This document shows, piece by piece, positions 39,345 to 53,131 of a stretch of DNA of 64,000 bases. Origin of the DNA: Lytechinus pictus (taxonomy: Eukaryota); assembly GCF_037042905.1 (NCBI RefSeq), contig NC_087251.1, forward strand, positions 8,062,001-8,126,000, written 5' to 3'. Numbering within the stretch: position 1 is the stretch's first letter; every line of letters begins with the position of its first letter. The position numbers were made by a program, and so were the translations under genes. The notes under the pieces are model-generated. The model searched no databases, had not been told where the DNA came from, and saw only the letters and a list, made by a program, of their open reading frames with translations.

Positions 39345-40689
39345 AAAATAATAATCACCAATAGAGAGGCATTCCCAGTGCAGCAAGGTGTACATTACCG
39401 TGCTAATTTTGAATGTTAATTTTTGTCATATTGTTGATCAATAAGATATTTCTATTTATTTAATTTAAACACAACTGAATTAAGATGTGATCAAGTGTGC
39501 TTGATGGTAATAACCATTGTTTCTCAAAGCCACATTAATTTATTATTCATTTCTACAGATTGGAAATAGAGAGAAGCCTTGGTCATATGTTTTCATGAGT
39601 TGTTTGTATATATTATGTTTGTACATTCTGTAAATTCAAAGATTTCTCTATTTCATTCTGTTCTCTGACATCTCCATACAGTAGTTATATTTGTATCTTA
39701 ATTTATTTTCAATGTTGATTGTAATAATGGTCTGGTTTGGAAGCTACATATATCGAACACAACTTTGTTGTTAGGGGGTTATTCACCTCAAAGGCAATTT
39801 TAATATATTTCTTGGGAATTATAGGGGGCAATAAGATTCATTAATGGAAAACAACTCTGCCCAAATCATGCATTTCTGATGAACAACAAATTTATTTTTA
39901 GCATTACTTGTTTTAGAGAATCTTACAGCCATTACCTAGACTCCAAACCAGATTGCATTATAAACTCATGTGATTCTCTATCTAACAAAAATGAAGAAAT
40001 GTCTAGATAGATATCTACAAGAGCTCTTTTCCTTTTTTCCAGCTCAGACTATGGATCATTCTTTCAGTCCATTTTTTGTAAAATTTTCAATACTTATGTA
40101 TTAAAAGTGTGATGAAATTCTGTAAAAAGAATCTGTTATTGTGCTTTAATCATTTGCATTGTATATTGTAATCAGAATTATTTTTTAGAGTAAGAAAGGA
40201 GTTGAGAGGTTTTAGGTATACCTTGGGAATTGGAGTTTGGATGTGTTCAGAGAGAGGGAAAGAAGTTTTCAAGACGTTGCAGAGGTACTACATGAAGAAG
40301 AATTTAAGATTGTGAGTGATGTATATAATGAGAGAAATGAGGTGTAAGACATGTTTTGACGAACAAGTGTGAAATTGACAAATGAGGGTTTGTACTTGGA
40401 GATATCCATGTTCTTTCTTGACCACATATTGTCCTTTTCTTCTACTGAACCTTTGTTGTTGTTTTTTGGGGGGTTCATCTTCAATTGCCCTCTTTGCTCC
40501 CATCTGTATAGTTACTTCAGACAGTATCATGAATTCTGTTTCCTGTTTTAATGAAGACCTACCAAGAACTTCATTACAGGAGCATATTCATGTTACAGTT
40601 GAAAGTGATATGATTGGAATGGGGGTGTACTCCATTATATTTGATGTGCCCCTTTTAACTTCCCTGATAGAGTTGAGATAAACCGACAA

Positions 40690-40789
40690 TCATTGGCGGA
40701 TATCGCAATTTGGTAAAGCTTGGTTCGGGTCAAGGTCATCTTGACGTGTCTTCGTCACAATATACGTATAGACAGGAATTTCTGATCCC
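40690..40789 (-). CDS. Putative terminal exon (GSEIPVYTYIVTKTRQDDLDPNQALPNCDIRQ*)
   Basis: Pyrimidine tract plus tatttcAG acceptor; minus-strand AATAAA signals near 39.45-39.9 kb. Confidence 0.3.
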
Positions 40790-41397
40790 CTGAAATACTG
40801 TAGTACATGTAAAAACAACAGAGGAAAAGAGGAGTCGATAGGGCTAGACACAATTTTTAGAAAATACATGTAAAACTAGACGGAGAGAGAAAATTTGAAG
40901 AAAAAAAATACATTGTGTACACAAATGAGAGTAAATAGTCAATTTTGCAAAAGTTAATGTTTAATCAATATTCGTTTTGCATTCACCTTCTGTGCTGTTT
41001 TGCTTTTTAACCATATTTATCTATTTTCTTATTATGTTTAGAGGTTTTAGGCAAATTGTAATCTGCTTATACAATATTTGTTTCTCTTTCAATGTAGGCT
41101 AATGTATATTGTGTCTTGAATTGTTTCTGCCACAGTGTGGCGTACTTGGCTGACCTTGTCGGGGGGATACATATTCCGATGAGCAAAACAGGTAAAAGAT
41201 AATCACCATTACAAGAAACACTTTCCAACAACAGTTTTCTGAAATCTAAGAAAGGGCATTAGAATTCTGGCAGGTTTCCACTCTGCGCCCCCCCCCCCCC
41301 TCGTGTAGGCTAGTGCACTGCCCCTATCTCTTCCGTCTATCTGTTTCGTGTATCTGTTTCTTTATCTGTCTTTATTTTGTCTCTTTGTCTGACGTAG

Positions 41398-41560
41398 GGG
41401 TGTTGCAAGAAATTATTACAAGTGATAGATCAAATTTAACTGAAGCAGACTGAATTTAATACAAGAGGCAGGCCAGCGATCAATTGCAAAATTGCAATTA
41501 ATATCAGGATTTATGATCGATTTTTACTTGAAGGTGATTGCAAGTCTCTTGTAACACGTC
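41398..41560. mobile_element. Short degenerate MITE
   Basis: gtgttgcaagaaa ... tctcttgtaacac inverted ends. Confidence 0.45.
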
Positions 41561-41670
41561 CATTTCTCCCGGGTGCATATCTTTCCGTCCATGTCTCCGA
41601 CTCTCACGTCTGTCTGTGTTGCCGTCTTCGTCTCTGCTTCTGTCTTTGTTTCTCTGTGTCCCGTTCTGTG

Positions 41671-42861
41671 CAACCGCGTAGCCAGGATTTAATTTTGGAG
41701 GGGGCGGTAAGTGCACGCAAAGCGTGCCACCACTTAAAGAGCGCGCGAAGCGCGCTCCCTAGGGGGGAGGGTGCAGGGAGGGGAGAGTTTCCCCCTTTGG
41801 TTTCCCCCCTCCCTTGCGGAGCGCGAAGTTTTTGATATCTCATCAAATTTGAATCAAAAGAAGACGTTTCTTGCGTCTCTAATACCTTGTAAAAACTTTA
41901 GCCACATTAGATTTCTTTAACTCGCAAAACAGAGTAGATGCGAGTATATGCAGGGAGGAAATATTTCTTCTCGCGAATGGCGTTGAAGCTCTGAATTTTA
42001 GAAATGTCTCTGAAACTTGAACCTGCTCTAATTACGAAATAAAAATATGTAGCTCAAAATGTGAAAGGGATGATGCCCGGATGATGCAAGCTTGAAGAGG
42101 GACTTTTCCTTTCCCATGCACGCGAAGCACGGAAACTTCTTTGAGTTATTTTGGAAGAAAAAAATTTGTGTAATTTCGCTCATAATATTAAGTGCTTCCT
42201 TTTGTATGATTAAGAAACTTCTGTGATATTCAAAATTTCAAATCAATGGCGCAAAACAGGACAGGAGATGGATGTGCAGTGATATAAATTTAGAATAAAG
42301 TTTCATCGTACCAACGTTTGCACATAGCACGGCACAAATTCAATGCTCCCTCTTTGAGCAGATACTTTGCCAAAAAATTGCTTGCTGAAAAGCGGAAGAA
42401 ATAGCATTTGGGGATTTTGGGATCGAGTGACGATACAAATGTTTACCCGCTCTGAACAGAAGAGCCGAAATTTTGTGTCAGTGCAATTAAAAAAATACTT
42501 CTAATACTCTTTACACCAATGTTTACTTTATAATTTCTGGCAAGAATGCGATTCCCATGGCCGGGAAGGGGAAAAACGGAGTAGAAAACAAAGGTGTAGG
42601 AAACAAAGGGGAGGGCAATTTTGAAAAAAAATTCCCGCGCGGAGCGCGGAAGCTAAATTTTGTATGAAGAGAGAGAAGAACATCTCGTTTAGGTTTTTAT
42701 TCTTTTGACAAAAAAGAAAGAAAAAACAAAGCTTTACCCTTCTTCCCTTTTCTCCCTTGGCTTTTTCTTTTTCTCCCTTTTCTCCTTCTTCTTTTTTCTT
42801 TGTGGGGGTGTTTTGGGGGGCGACTGCCCCCACCGCCCCCCCCCCTTGGCTACTCGCCTGG
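41671..42861. mobile_element. G/C-tract non-autonomous DNA element with gcgcgaagcgcg motifs
   Basis: Ends cgcgtagccagg / cttggctactcgcctg; terminal G/C tracts; shares motifs with 48291-50050. Confidence 0.55.
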
Positions 42862-45800
42862 CTCAGTGTGTCCACATCCTTCTGTGTCCATGACTGTCTC
42901 CGTCATTGTGTCTGTCTTTATCAGTATCTCTTTCTCTCACTCTCTGACACTGTTTTCTGTTTCTCCTGCATGTCCCTTTCTATATCTCTGTTTCTGTACA
43001 TTCCTAAAATGTTGGGCAACGTTCATTGTCCACACAACAATTGGCTAAAGATTTATCCAACTCTGGGTAATTTTCAACCAATACTATGTAGTTTTCACCC
43101 AAAGCACACATTATTGGGTTAAAACTACGCAGAATTGGACAATTTTTTAACCACATGTGTGGACAGTATGAGCTAGTGTATCTATCTCCTCCGGGCCCCG
43201 GGCTCCGGGCTCTGTATCTGTATATTCAGCTACTCAAGAGCCTCTGATCCACCTCCGACCATAATTTCAATTATCAAAATGTCGTTATTTTGTAGCCAGA
43301 TGAGTCGATCAGGGGAGGGGGGATCTCCCCAATGAAAATATTGAGGGATAAACATTAATTTGCAGCCCCCGATAATTTTGACAACTGGAAAAAATTACAA
43401 TATGCAATACAAATCTATGAGGGCATTGGAAAGCACTATAAAACCATTAAACATGGCATAAAAATTCTATCCCACAAACAAAATTGTCAATTTTCCGATG
43501 TGCAAAATTCTGTAGTACAATTTGGACATATTCGACATTTTGTTCTCGCCCCATCTAAAAAAAAAATGCGTCGACGCCTCTGGTCTAACCGTTGTCTCTA
43601 CGGAGAAAATTCACCAGGTAATAATAAAATATTTTCGACCTCTCATTACAAATATATATAATCAAATTCGACTCTCGAAATTCCTGCACATTCCTTCTCA
43701 TCAAATCCTCCATCCCGCCTGGTATCCCGGCCGCGCCGGGCATCCCGGCCTGGTATACATGTCTTGTATCCAGTCTAAATGGTGGAACATGGCTGTCGAG
43801 ATCAGCACCAATAATTGTAGATATTCAGTCCGAACGGTCCATGGTATTATTCAATCCAACATCACTGAGTGCATTCATACACGAAAAGGGCGAGGAGATT
43901 AACTTCTCATATAAGAGGTTGATCAATCCCTACCCCCTTTTTCCCGTTTCCCCCACCGTTTTATTAGCATGATTGTAGTTATGGCGTAGGTATCCGCCTC
44001 TTTATGAATTTTAAGCAATTTTTCTTTTAAAAATATTTGTATAGGCATGATAGGAACATTGCAATTTACCCCGTTATGATTATTATTTTCTCTTTTTATC
44101 AACTCTTATCTTCTGGCAAATTGAACCATCTGTGTTTTATGAATTTCAATTCAACTCCTTTGCAATGTATATATTACGTGAATACCATCATGATGTTTGG
44201 CTTAAATTAATCTTGAATTAGTGTGTCTTGAAATAGGAAATACACCCGGGGAAATGCATGCATGTTAGAGCATAATGGGACCGATGTACTGTGATCACAC
44301 CTGGAGATCTACATGCACGTTGAGATGGGATGTGGGATATGGAATGAGATGAGACAACAACCGTCATGGAGTAGCTCCATGAGACAATCATTAGTTTTAT
44401 GACAGTCGTCACATCACACTGAGGCCTCGTTAGCAAAATTCGTTATTTGAAGCGTTTGAATCTCCATTTGTATCAGATATAGATCTCACATATAGGTCCC
44501 TTTATAGAGTCAAACTGGTCAGTCTTATTTTCATTTGCTAATTAATTTGTTTAAATGTGATAAACAAATACAGTCATGGAAAGTGCATGGTTACGTGTTA
44601 TGATAAACTACAGTTTAAACATCTCAACCAATAGTCACATCGTTCACATTCTGTTTATTAGCCTTATAATTATTAGCCTTATATTTTCATACTAAAAATA
44701 AAATATTTGAAGTAAACTGTATGCCTACAGCTATGAAACTTTTAAACTTTTAAACCGGAAGTAATTGCAGTTTATATAGGCCTACCCCCAATTTATTGAA
44801 ACAACTATATACGAGTATCCAAATATTCTTGAACTTGTCGACGTTTTGGGATATTGCGACATTTAATGTTTATCTTTTGCCGTTTCTTTTTTTAAGAAAT
44901 TAGATTTGATATAGGGTCCTTCTTCCACTATATCACGATATTATATTTTTATCATTATTTCGTATAATTCGTACTCAAATTAAAACTGTGATAAACAAAA
45001 ACATTTAAACATGCAAGAATAAAATGAATGACAAAATTCATTTTAATCTCTTATAGAATAAGAAGACATAATATGAGATGGGAATCTTACATAATTATAT
45101 CAATTCCAAATTGTTGTGAAAATGGAGAACATAACATCATTCAATACACAGATGTACAAAACACAAGAACACATAAGTTGTGCATCATTGCGAGGGTATA
45201 GATACCCCGATCCCCCCGGAAAGCTGGAGAGCATGGAATGATTGTATGTGTGTGTGTTTGTGGGGGGGGGGCTAAACAGAGAAAGTTACAGAATAAAGAC
45301 AGAGAACGAGAGTGAGAAAAGGAAAAGACTGAGTGGGAACAAAAAGAATGGGGAGGGGTAAACAAAAGAAAAGGAGACATAGAAATGGGAGAGGCAGAAT
45401 CAGAAAAGTACAAAAATACAAAGGGTGGAAAGAATACATTGCATAAATTTGTTTTATGCAATACCCAATTTTGTTCTAAATTCACTTTGATTCATTTTGC
45501 ATACGTTTTTCTCAAAATAAATGCAAATTTTTCAGAAAATTGAAAATGGTTAGACATTATGGCAATGCATTTAATATATTCATCAGATTGCGATAAAACT
45601 ATATTAATTCATCATTAACCATTCACTTTAATGGCACACCATAGCCAGCTGAATACCCGCATTAATTATGACGTCTCAAAAATATAATTCTCTTATTCTT
45701 TGGAAAATATTTTGTCAAATTTTCACAAACTTTTTTCTTCTTCTGCGTTTACTAAGCCATTTTCGTCGCGGTGAACCACCCCTTTAATAGTTTAATCCTT

Positions 45801-48290
45801 ATTGATCTTATTTTACAATAATTTTTTTTTCACGAAAGCATGTAATAAACATTTCATATTAGTCAATAGACACCAATGAATAGAGTGATTAAATAAACAT
45901 GGAACGGTTATAGACACGCCGCCTCATCACGGAGGGGAGGGGGTGGCTAACTTCTTTTCCAAAAATTGTAAGGAAATGATATTTCTAATTTCCTTTTATT
46001 AAGGTTATTGAAAGGCGACATAAAGGCGGTCACAATGTTATATTCTTAATTGAATTATATAAGGTCAGTATAATGTTACGTGGCCCAGCCCACTTATTTT
46101 AAACTCTTCTTCTGTCTTTTTAGAAATTTAATTTTGCTCTTTTTTCTCCTCGATTCACCTTTTTTTCAAAGGGACAGTTACCGCCCCGCCCCCATGACGC
46201 TGCCAATGCTTCTGAAAATATAATCACCAAGAATATTCCAGGCCAATTATGCCCATACTTGTAAACTGAATTAACTAAACAATTTTTTTAAAGTGTGGCC
46301 TATATACAAGGATAACATGAAGTAAGAGTGAAAGGGCCTTTATTGTAGGGTCTTTCTTACTGATGATACACGTGAGAATGACTAGCATATTTACTTACTT
46401 GCTGATATACGAACATCCGTTATACATAGGGTGAATGAGTCAGGCCAGGATACAAAGACCCCTCCTCATACTTACATTATTCTACACCTGTCACTCATAT
46501 CTCAATGCGCTTATAGTTCAATATTATTTTCTTTGTTAAGACTATATAGGTAACCCGACTTTATGTTAGGCGAGTTTTACTTCGTAAAATATAAATAAAC
46601 ATTTATCTAGTCATATCTTGTTATTGTCCAACTTCATTTGTCTTTTATTTGGGAGATTGAAAAAAATTACCAAAATACGTTTGTATTTCGTTTTACATGA
46701 ATCTAGCTATGATTGATACATTTTGAATTTTATATATATTACTATGTAACTTCTGCAATGTTCATGCAGGGGAGTCTCAAGCTCTGTTTTCTATATAGGA
46801 GGCTCTCATTTCATTATGTTGTTGTGTTTATTACACCTTCATAGTATAACTTGAAATGAAAAAATCCTTCATATTGCTCAATCAATCCTATTACTTTTAT
46901 TACTTTTGTATTTTCTATGTCTCAAAGTTGAAATATAAATTAAGTTAAATACATATCTGTTATCTATTTTTTTTTTATCTTCGTGTGCTGTCTAAGGTTT
47001 TGATGAATTTTTCGTATATATTTTTCTGCTTCTGCAGCCTTGTAAAAAAAACAGAGAAGGAGGAGAAAAGGGGTGAAAGGGGAAAATAAGAAAAGAGAAG
47101 GCAAAGAGGGTGTTAAAAGGAGATGTTCGAGTCATATAATTATACTCCTATAATTGACAAAAATATTCTGAAAGAGTATATTGAAATATGATTACATATT
47201 CATACAGTATGATAAAACATGTTAAGTGATTGTGCGTGGGGTGTGAATATACGTGTGTGACGTCATCAACTCAACATCAACATTTTCGTGATGTACATAA
47301 GAACTGTTTTTTGTGTGTGAAATTAAGCGAAGCTAATGTTATTTCATTCTTATTTTACATCCGTGATGTAAATAATGATAAGTTTTATAAGCTTCTTTGT
47401 TTTTTTGTTTTTTATTCAAATCTTCGTGATACACATGTTGCTGGGATAGGCTTGGAATAGACATACAGACGAACTTGCCATGGTCAAGGCATTAATTCAA
47501 ATTATTTGATAAATTCACCAGTTATTGCGATGTCATAAACTTAAGGTGTCACTTGAATGCCCTTTTATAATACGTGTTTCGCCTTCTATAGATGTATAAT
47601 GTTGCCATGTAATCCAGTTATATAGCGTTTCAAATGCCAAAAAATGAAAAATTTTAACATTTTTTACACCGCCGACGCAACATGATTTCTGGGATATCTT
47701 AATTTTGACGGGTGAAAACTTACAACAAAATTCCTTCAATTCAACATTTTATACATTTTTGTATGTTTCACTACATTTCTCGGGCTAACAATCAATATCT
47801 TACTAGTTCGCTCCGCTCCCTCGAACTCATACAGTGACCAAAGGGTGTGCTCATTTTGCTCAATTGGCAGATTGGGGTATCTATAGAGATGCATGACCAA
47901 TTCCTCTCGTTCTTCTTTCGTCCTTCAATCCTTCCGCTCTCTTTTGTCCATTTTCTCCTGTATAATTCTTTAAAAATGTAGCCTCCCCTGTATCTATACT
48001 GGTTTTAATGAATTTTCTCTCTCGATCGTAACCTTCCCCCTGATCAGCAGCTTCTCCCCCGGCCCCTATAATAAAACTTTAATACTGTCAAATCATGTTC
48101 ATATTGTAGTAACCATAGCGCATAATAACAATAGTAATGAAACAATGCGCTGGTAACTATGTTGGCGAAGAGTAAATATTTTTGTTTTTTATTCCAAAAT
48201 GTAACATGAGTCAATCTTTATTAACATCGACTTTATTTATTTGCATGTCAAGTTATAGACCAAAGTCAAGCGTTATTCGGAAGTACCATG

Positions 48291-50050
48291 CAGGGGCAGA
48301 TCCAGCCTTCGCCAATAGGGGGGGGGGGGCGATTTTTTTTTCAGCCACATTTTCCCCGATCGGCCGCTCGAAGTTGATTTTGGTTGCTTCTTCACTTCTA
48401 GGCTAATTTGAATATTTGAATAGTGGGAGCGCGAGATATTTTTTTTTCATGTATTTTGTCCTCAAGTTTAAATATTATGGGAAATGTTTGTGATCCTAAA
48501 CGAGATGTGTATCCAACTAAATAATTTCTGCGAGCGCAAAGCGCGAGCAGAAATTTTTAATATACGTTTTGATCTGATCAAAAATGGATCTGTTAATGGC
48601 TGCTTGCAGATAGCCATGAAGTCGTTACATATTTCAGCAATCAATTAATGCGAGCATTAAGCGCCATCTGAAATTTTTGACATTTCTACCTGAAGAATGG
48701 AAATTTTAAGCACTTAATCGTAAAAAGGATAAGTATATAACTAAACAATTGATGCGAGCGCGAAGCGCGAGCAGAAAATTTTGAGATTTACGCCTAAAAA
48801 TGGGACACTCTATTCATGTTTTGTAAATTATGAAAAGGATGAGTAATTGGAAATCTATCTACATGAATAATAGGAGCGCAAAGCGCGAGCAGAAAATATT
48901 TGAAATTGTGATCTGTAACTGGATATAGGCTCCTAATGTTTTAAATAGAGAACAGGCTGTGTATCTGAAGAAACATGCGCGCGCGTGTTTTAGATTTCGA
49001 CCTGGAATCTGGGCATTTTAAATACATTTTTTCATCATGAAAATCAATAAAGCGAGCGCGAAACGCGAGCTTAAAATATTTGATATTCTGATCTGAAAAG
49101 AGGGTCAATTTAAGCTCTGTATTTCAAGCACCTTTTTAAGGAAAATTGTGAGGTTGATATATGGATCACAGTAAAAAAAAACAAGAGCTGATTGTGTTTC
49201 ATTATTATTACTTTAAGTTTTGATATAGGACCGGGACATTCTAAGAACATTATGTCATCATATGAAAATGATGACTGTCTTCCTATTTCTCTTCCTAAGC
49301 GTGAGATGTAACTTGTCGATATTCCATTCTGAAAAAACGGACAATTTGAATATTTAATTAATATTTATTAATCTAATAAGCCTAATGAGAGCGCGAAATC
49401 TGTTAATATTATGGCCTGAAAACTGGACATTTAAAACACTTTTTTAAGAATAAGATGCATGAGTTAATATATTTTCAATAATCAATGTGAGTGCAAATCG
49501 CGAGCCAATTTTTTTGATAAACTGTCATGAAACGGGGATTTAAGTAGTTTGTAAAAGAATTAATATTGAGATATACATAACTCACCAATCAAAATGCGAC
49601 CGTGCAGCGCTAGCTGATACTATTTGACAATTTGACCCCGAACAGGGATATTTGAGAACTTTATGGAATACAGGAAAATAACAGAAATTTTTACAGAGCA
49701 CTTTTTAAAAATCAATTTGTAAATCAAACAAAATAATGAAAGGTCGATTTCCGAGCTGAAATATGTTTTGTATATTGACTTCAAAATTTGATATTTAAGC
49801 TCCATAATTATGTAAATCACCTAAAAGGCAATGCGAGCGAAAATTTTATATAGTGACATGAAAGATTTTTAAATTTTCAAGTCTTCCCCTCATCTTATTT
49901 TATTCACTAGTCTTCCTCCTCTTATGACTATGTTTCCCCTTCTTTTTCTCTTTTCTTTTCCCTTCTTTTTTTCTTTCTTTCCCCCTTTTTTTCTTTTTTT
50001 TTGTTACGCCGATAGGGGGCGGGCCCCTCGCCCCCCTGGATCCGCCTATG
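48291..50050. mobile_element. 1.76-kb non-autonomous DNA transposon with internal degenerate tandem repeats
   Basis: TIR caggggcagatccag / ctggatccgcctatg; 5-bp TSD ccatg; repeated gcgagcgc(g/a)aagcgcgagc units. Confidence 0.82.
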
Positions 50051-50426
50051 CCATGGACCAAGTAAGTCCATGGAAGTACAAAAGAGTGCCTAATAATAAG
50101 GAAATATCCTTTATTTTTCCCTTATTATGACGTCGGGGCTTTCCCCTGCATTCTACGTGAAACATGTTTACGGAAAGGAAAGGACTCCAGACTACAAAAA
50201 AAATAACGTGAGTCATTGTATAAAAGGATATTTTTTTCATGGTCATCTTTTTCGTTTTTTTTTCATTGATATAATTCTGACACGGGATGGGGGAGTCAGA
50301 ATTGGTTCTATTGGAAGAGTATCACTGAATGAAACAATCCGATCCAATATAAAGGTTTTTTTTCCATCGTAAGTCTTGGTGATTGTTTGAGGTCTCCCTG
50401 CCACACAGACACAGGTGTTACTTTAC

Positions 50427-50485
50427 TTCGACAAGATCATGTCACAGTAGCTGTTCATAACATAGTTGATTTGCCCTTGTCTGTT
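50427..50485 (-). CDS. Putative exon (stop at 50444-50442 in frame A; NRQGQINYVMNSYCDMILS in frame B)
   Basis: Acceptor ctattttcAG; weak donor AA|GTAAAG. Confidence 0.3.
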
Positions 50486-52742
50486 CTGAAAATAGTTTTT
50501 CACCATGAGATAAAAGAACTATATTTAGAATGAGTAAGTGATTAATTAACGCTTTATCAATTGCTATGTCAACAAAACTCTCGAAGTAAGGTTGATTTCC
50601 TGTACGTAATACAATCTCTATTCTATGAAAGCGACGTGATTAGCTTCCGCCAAGGGCCTCCATATTTCCATATTTTTATGAATCCAAGCATGATTTTCAG
50701 ATTATCAACCTTTCGTGAAATATGTCAAGATACTCTCTGCAGTAGATTTTTGTGATATGCAGCGATCACGGTACCGGAATTTATGAAGAGAAATATTTTA
50801 GATCTATCTATAATAGTCGTTAATATTCCCCTGTATCAGAGTATTATGTCCGGGAACCTGTTGGCCTAACAAGGGAATTATCAATATAGGCGTATATACT
50901 GTTTCATATCCATTATCGGGGTAGTTGAGAGGGGGCGTTTATCCGGGGGAGGGGGTTGTGGTGGTGGGGGTTATCAAAATCATTGATAGCAATACCAGAA
51001 TTGGAATATGTTATTCTATGATTTATATTTAAAAAAAATCTGTCCAGCGCTTAGTTATTGATTTAGGGCCTATATCAATATTTATAGCGCTATCATGCTC
51101 AATGTCACCCAGTATAAGACGCTTCTTTGTGATTTGGGTTTATTAATGACCGATGAATGGATTAAAATCACCGAGCTATTCTATACTTTATAGATGGAAC
51201 CATCATCAGATTTACCCCCATCCTCTTTCGATCAAGTTGCATTAACAATACATGTAGTTTTGTTCTATAACAGGCCTATATTGCAAAAACTAGTAAGATT
51301 TGATCGTCCATAATGATTTCTGTTATTGCTTTATTTTCAGATTGTGTTAAACATAATCTGACCTTTTATGATGATTTAAAGGAACTTTTCATTTCCATTT
51401 CGAATGCCCGGGACTATTTATTCCAATCTCTTGTCACTTGGTCATGAATACTCTAAAACATGATAATCAATATCCGGCTCATTTTTTCCTTACAATAAAT
51501 AGGTTTTTTGTGTGTAATTTTCTCCCTTGACTTTCCCCAGACGATTAGAGTTACTGGTGTGATACAAATACAAATATTATATACGTATGATGAAATTAAC
51601 TTCATAGAATTATAATTCAAGTATTAAAACGAATTGTATACACTTTTGTGAATGAGGGCAACGATCTTTATGATGAGTTTTGGGGCTGTCTAACTACTTC
51701 TAAAGGTGCATTCATGTGATTTTTTTTCTTGCTATATCCGCCTTCGTAACCCAGGGTTGTTGCTCTGAGTGTGAGGTGGGGGTAACATTTGTATCAAAAT
51801 ATGCGGTTAATTATTCCGTGAAAGGCACCCCCACACACACACCGACCCAAACACACACACCCTCACACACGCACACACACATTTCCCTCTGTCCAAAACG
51901 TTTGGAAAATGTGGCGAATTTTTGGTTGATAATACAGATTAATGTCAACAAAATATTAATGGCAATTGACTGTTAATCGACGCTAACATTACTGGCCGAG
52001 AAGAGAAGCGCCAGCACGAAAATGGTTATCATATTAATACAAGTTTGACTATTTCGCACCAGCAGGATGGCAATTTCTTTTTGCTCATAATAGAGAAATA
52101 ACTATGATGTAAAAACCGAGAGATGGAAAATACACTTTCAATCATTTCTTTTCTTGCTTTATTCTAACAAAGATGAAGGTTTCGAACATTATACATGTAT
52201 GTACTCATGCTTTTCTGCATGTGAACTTCATCTTTGTTTCCCTTCTTGATATAATCCTTTGTCTCTAGCTCTCCCTCTATAATACGTCAGTGAAGTTTAC
52301 GTAGGAAGATATCTGACGTAGTCGCACTTCAACAGGAACTGCAGTATTTATTTGCGGTAACTTCTTCTACATGTACAACTCAAATAATAATTTTTTAAAA
52401 GATAGTTACACTGGAATTTTGTTCATCCTGCTACATGTAACTTTCTTCATCGTCTTCTTCTTTTTCCTTCCTACCGATTTGCTTACTATTCGTTTTTCTC
52501 ATCCTTTCCCTGCGTCCCCTCTTCTGCTCTTTCCATTTTCTCTCTCTTCCCCATTGCTTCTCCCCCACCTTTCCTCATCTTGTCCTTTTTAGTATTTTCG
52601 TCTTCATCTTCTTATTGTTTTTCTCGTCTTTTAGGGTCTTTAACTCTTTGTCCTCCCCCATTTTGTAAGGACTCCCGTTCCTCCTCCTCCTCCATTATAA
52701 CACCCATTACCCCCCCCCCCCCCGGCCCTTATCCCTCGTTAC

Positions 52743-52846
52743 CCAAACCCTGTGTTTGTTTGATTTCATCAAGGACCTGGGAGTTGGACTGTTTCCAAGG
52801 AACCCGTTTCCTCCGACTGGTAGAGAATCTTGGTTCATAATCATTC
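52743..52846 (-). CDS. Putative exon with two open frames (NDYEPRFSTSRRKRVPW.. or MIMNQDSLPVGGNGFLG..)
   Basis: Acceptor catatcatttAG, donor G|GTAACG. Confidence 0.4.
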
Positions 52847-53056
52847 CTAAATGATATGATTAAATTTCATTTCATTTCGATTATAACCCCCCCCCCCAAA
52901 AAAAAAATAGCATTGTTACTTCAGTTCAACATTTACTAAGAAGATGACACTCTTTCAATGTTTCTTTCTTATAACAAGTACTTATCATGCTTATAGTTGA
53001 AAAGAATGCCTATACAGCATTTCTATAATTATATAGGAGTGCTATTCTAATTCCTT

Positions 53057-53131
53057 TGCGCTGGTCGGGGTATCGAGCCCCGACTATCATGTGTCGAGTG
53101 CAGGCGCCTTAGACCACTCGGCCATGGCACC
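53057..53131 (-). pseudogene. tRNA-derived sequence (SINE head or tRNA pseudogene)
   Basis: Minus strand reads ggtgccatggccgagtggtctaaggcg..ggggctcgataccccg; A box intact, B box mutated, acceptor stem poorly paired. Confidence 0.6.

Noticed and set aside
40490..40595. SECIS candidates on the minus strand (AUGA..AA..GA and a neighbouring hairpin)
   Set aside because: Stem II is too short (about 7 bp, 9 nt to the AA) or AUGA is Watson-Crick paired; not canonical by eye
43690..43900. GC-rich patch as a coding exon
   Set aside because: Stops in all minus-strand frames, no convincing splice-site pair, and it contains a short internal duplication (catcccg(g)cctggtat twice)
52797..52820. GGNGFLG as a Rossmann NAD-binding motif
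   Set aside because: No preceding hydrophobic beta-strand or following helix pattern, and the ORF is too short for the fold
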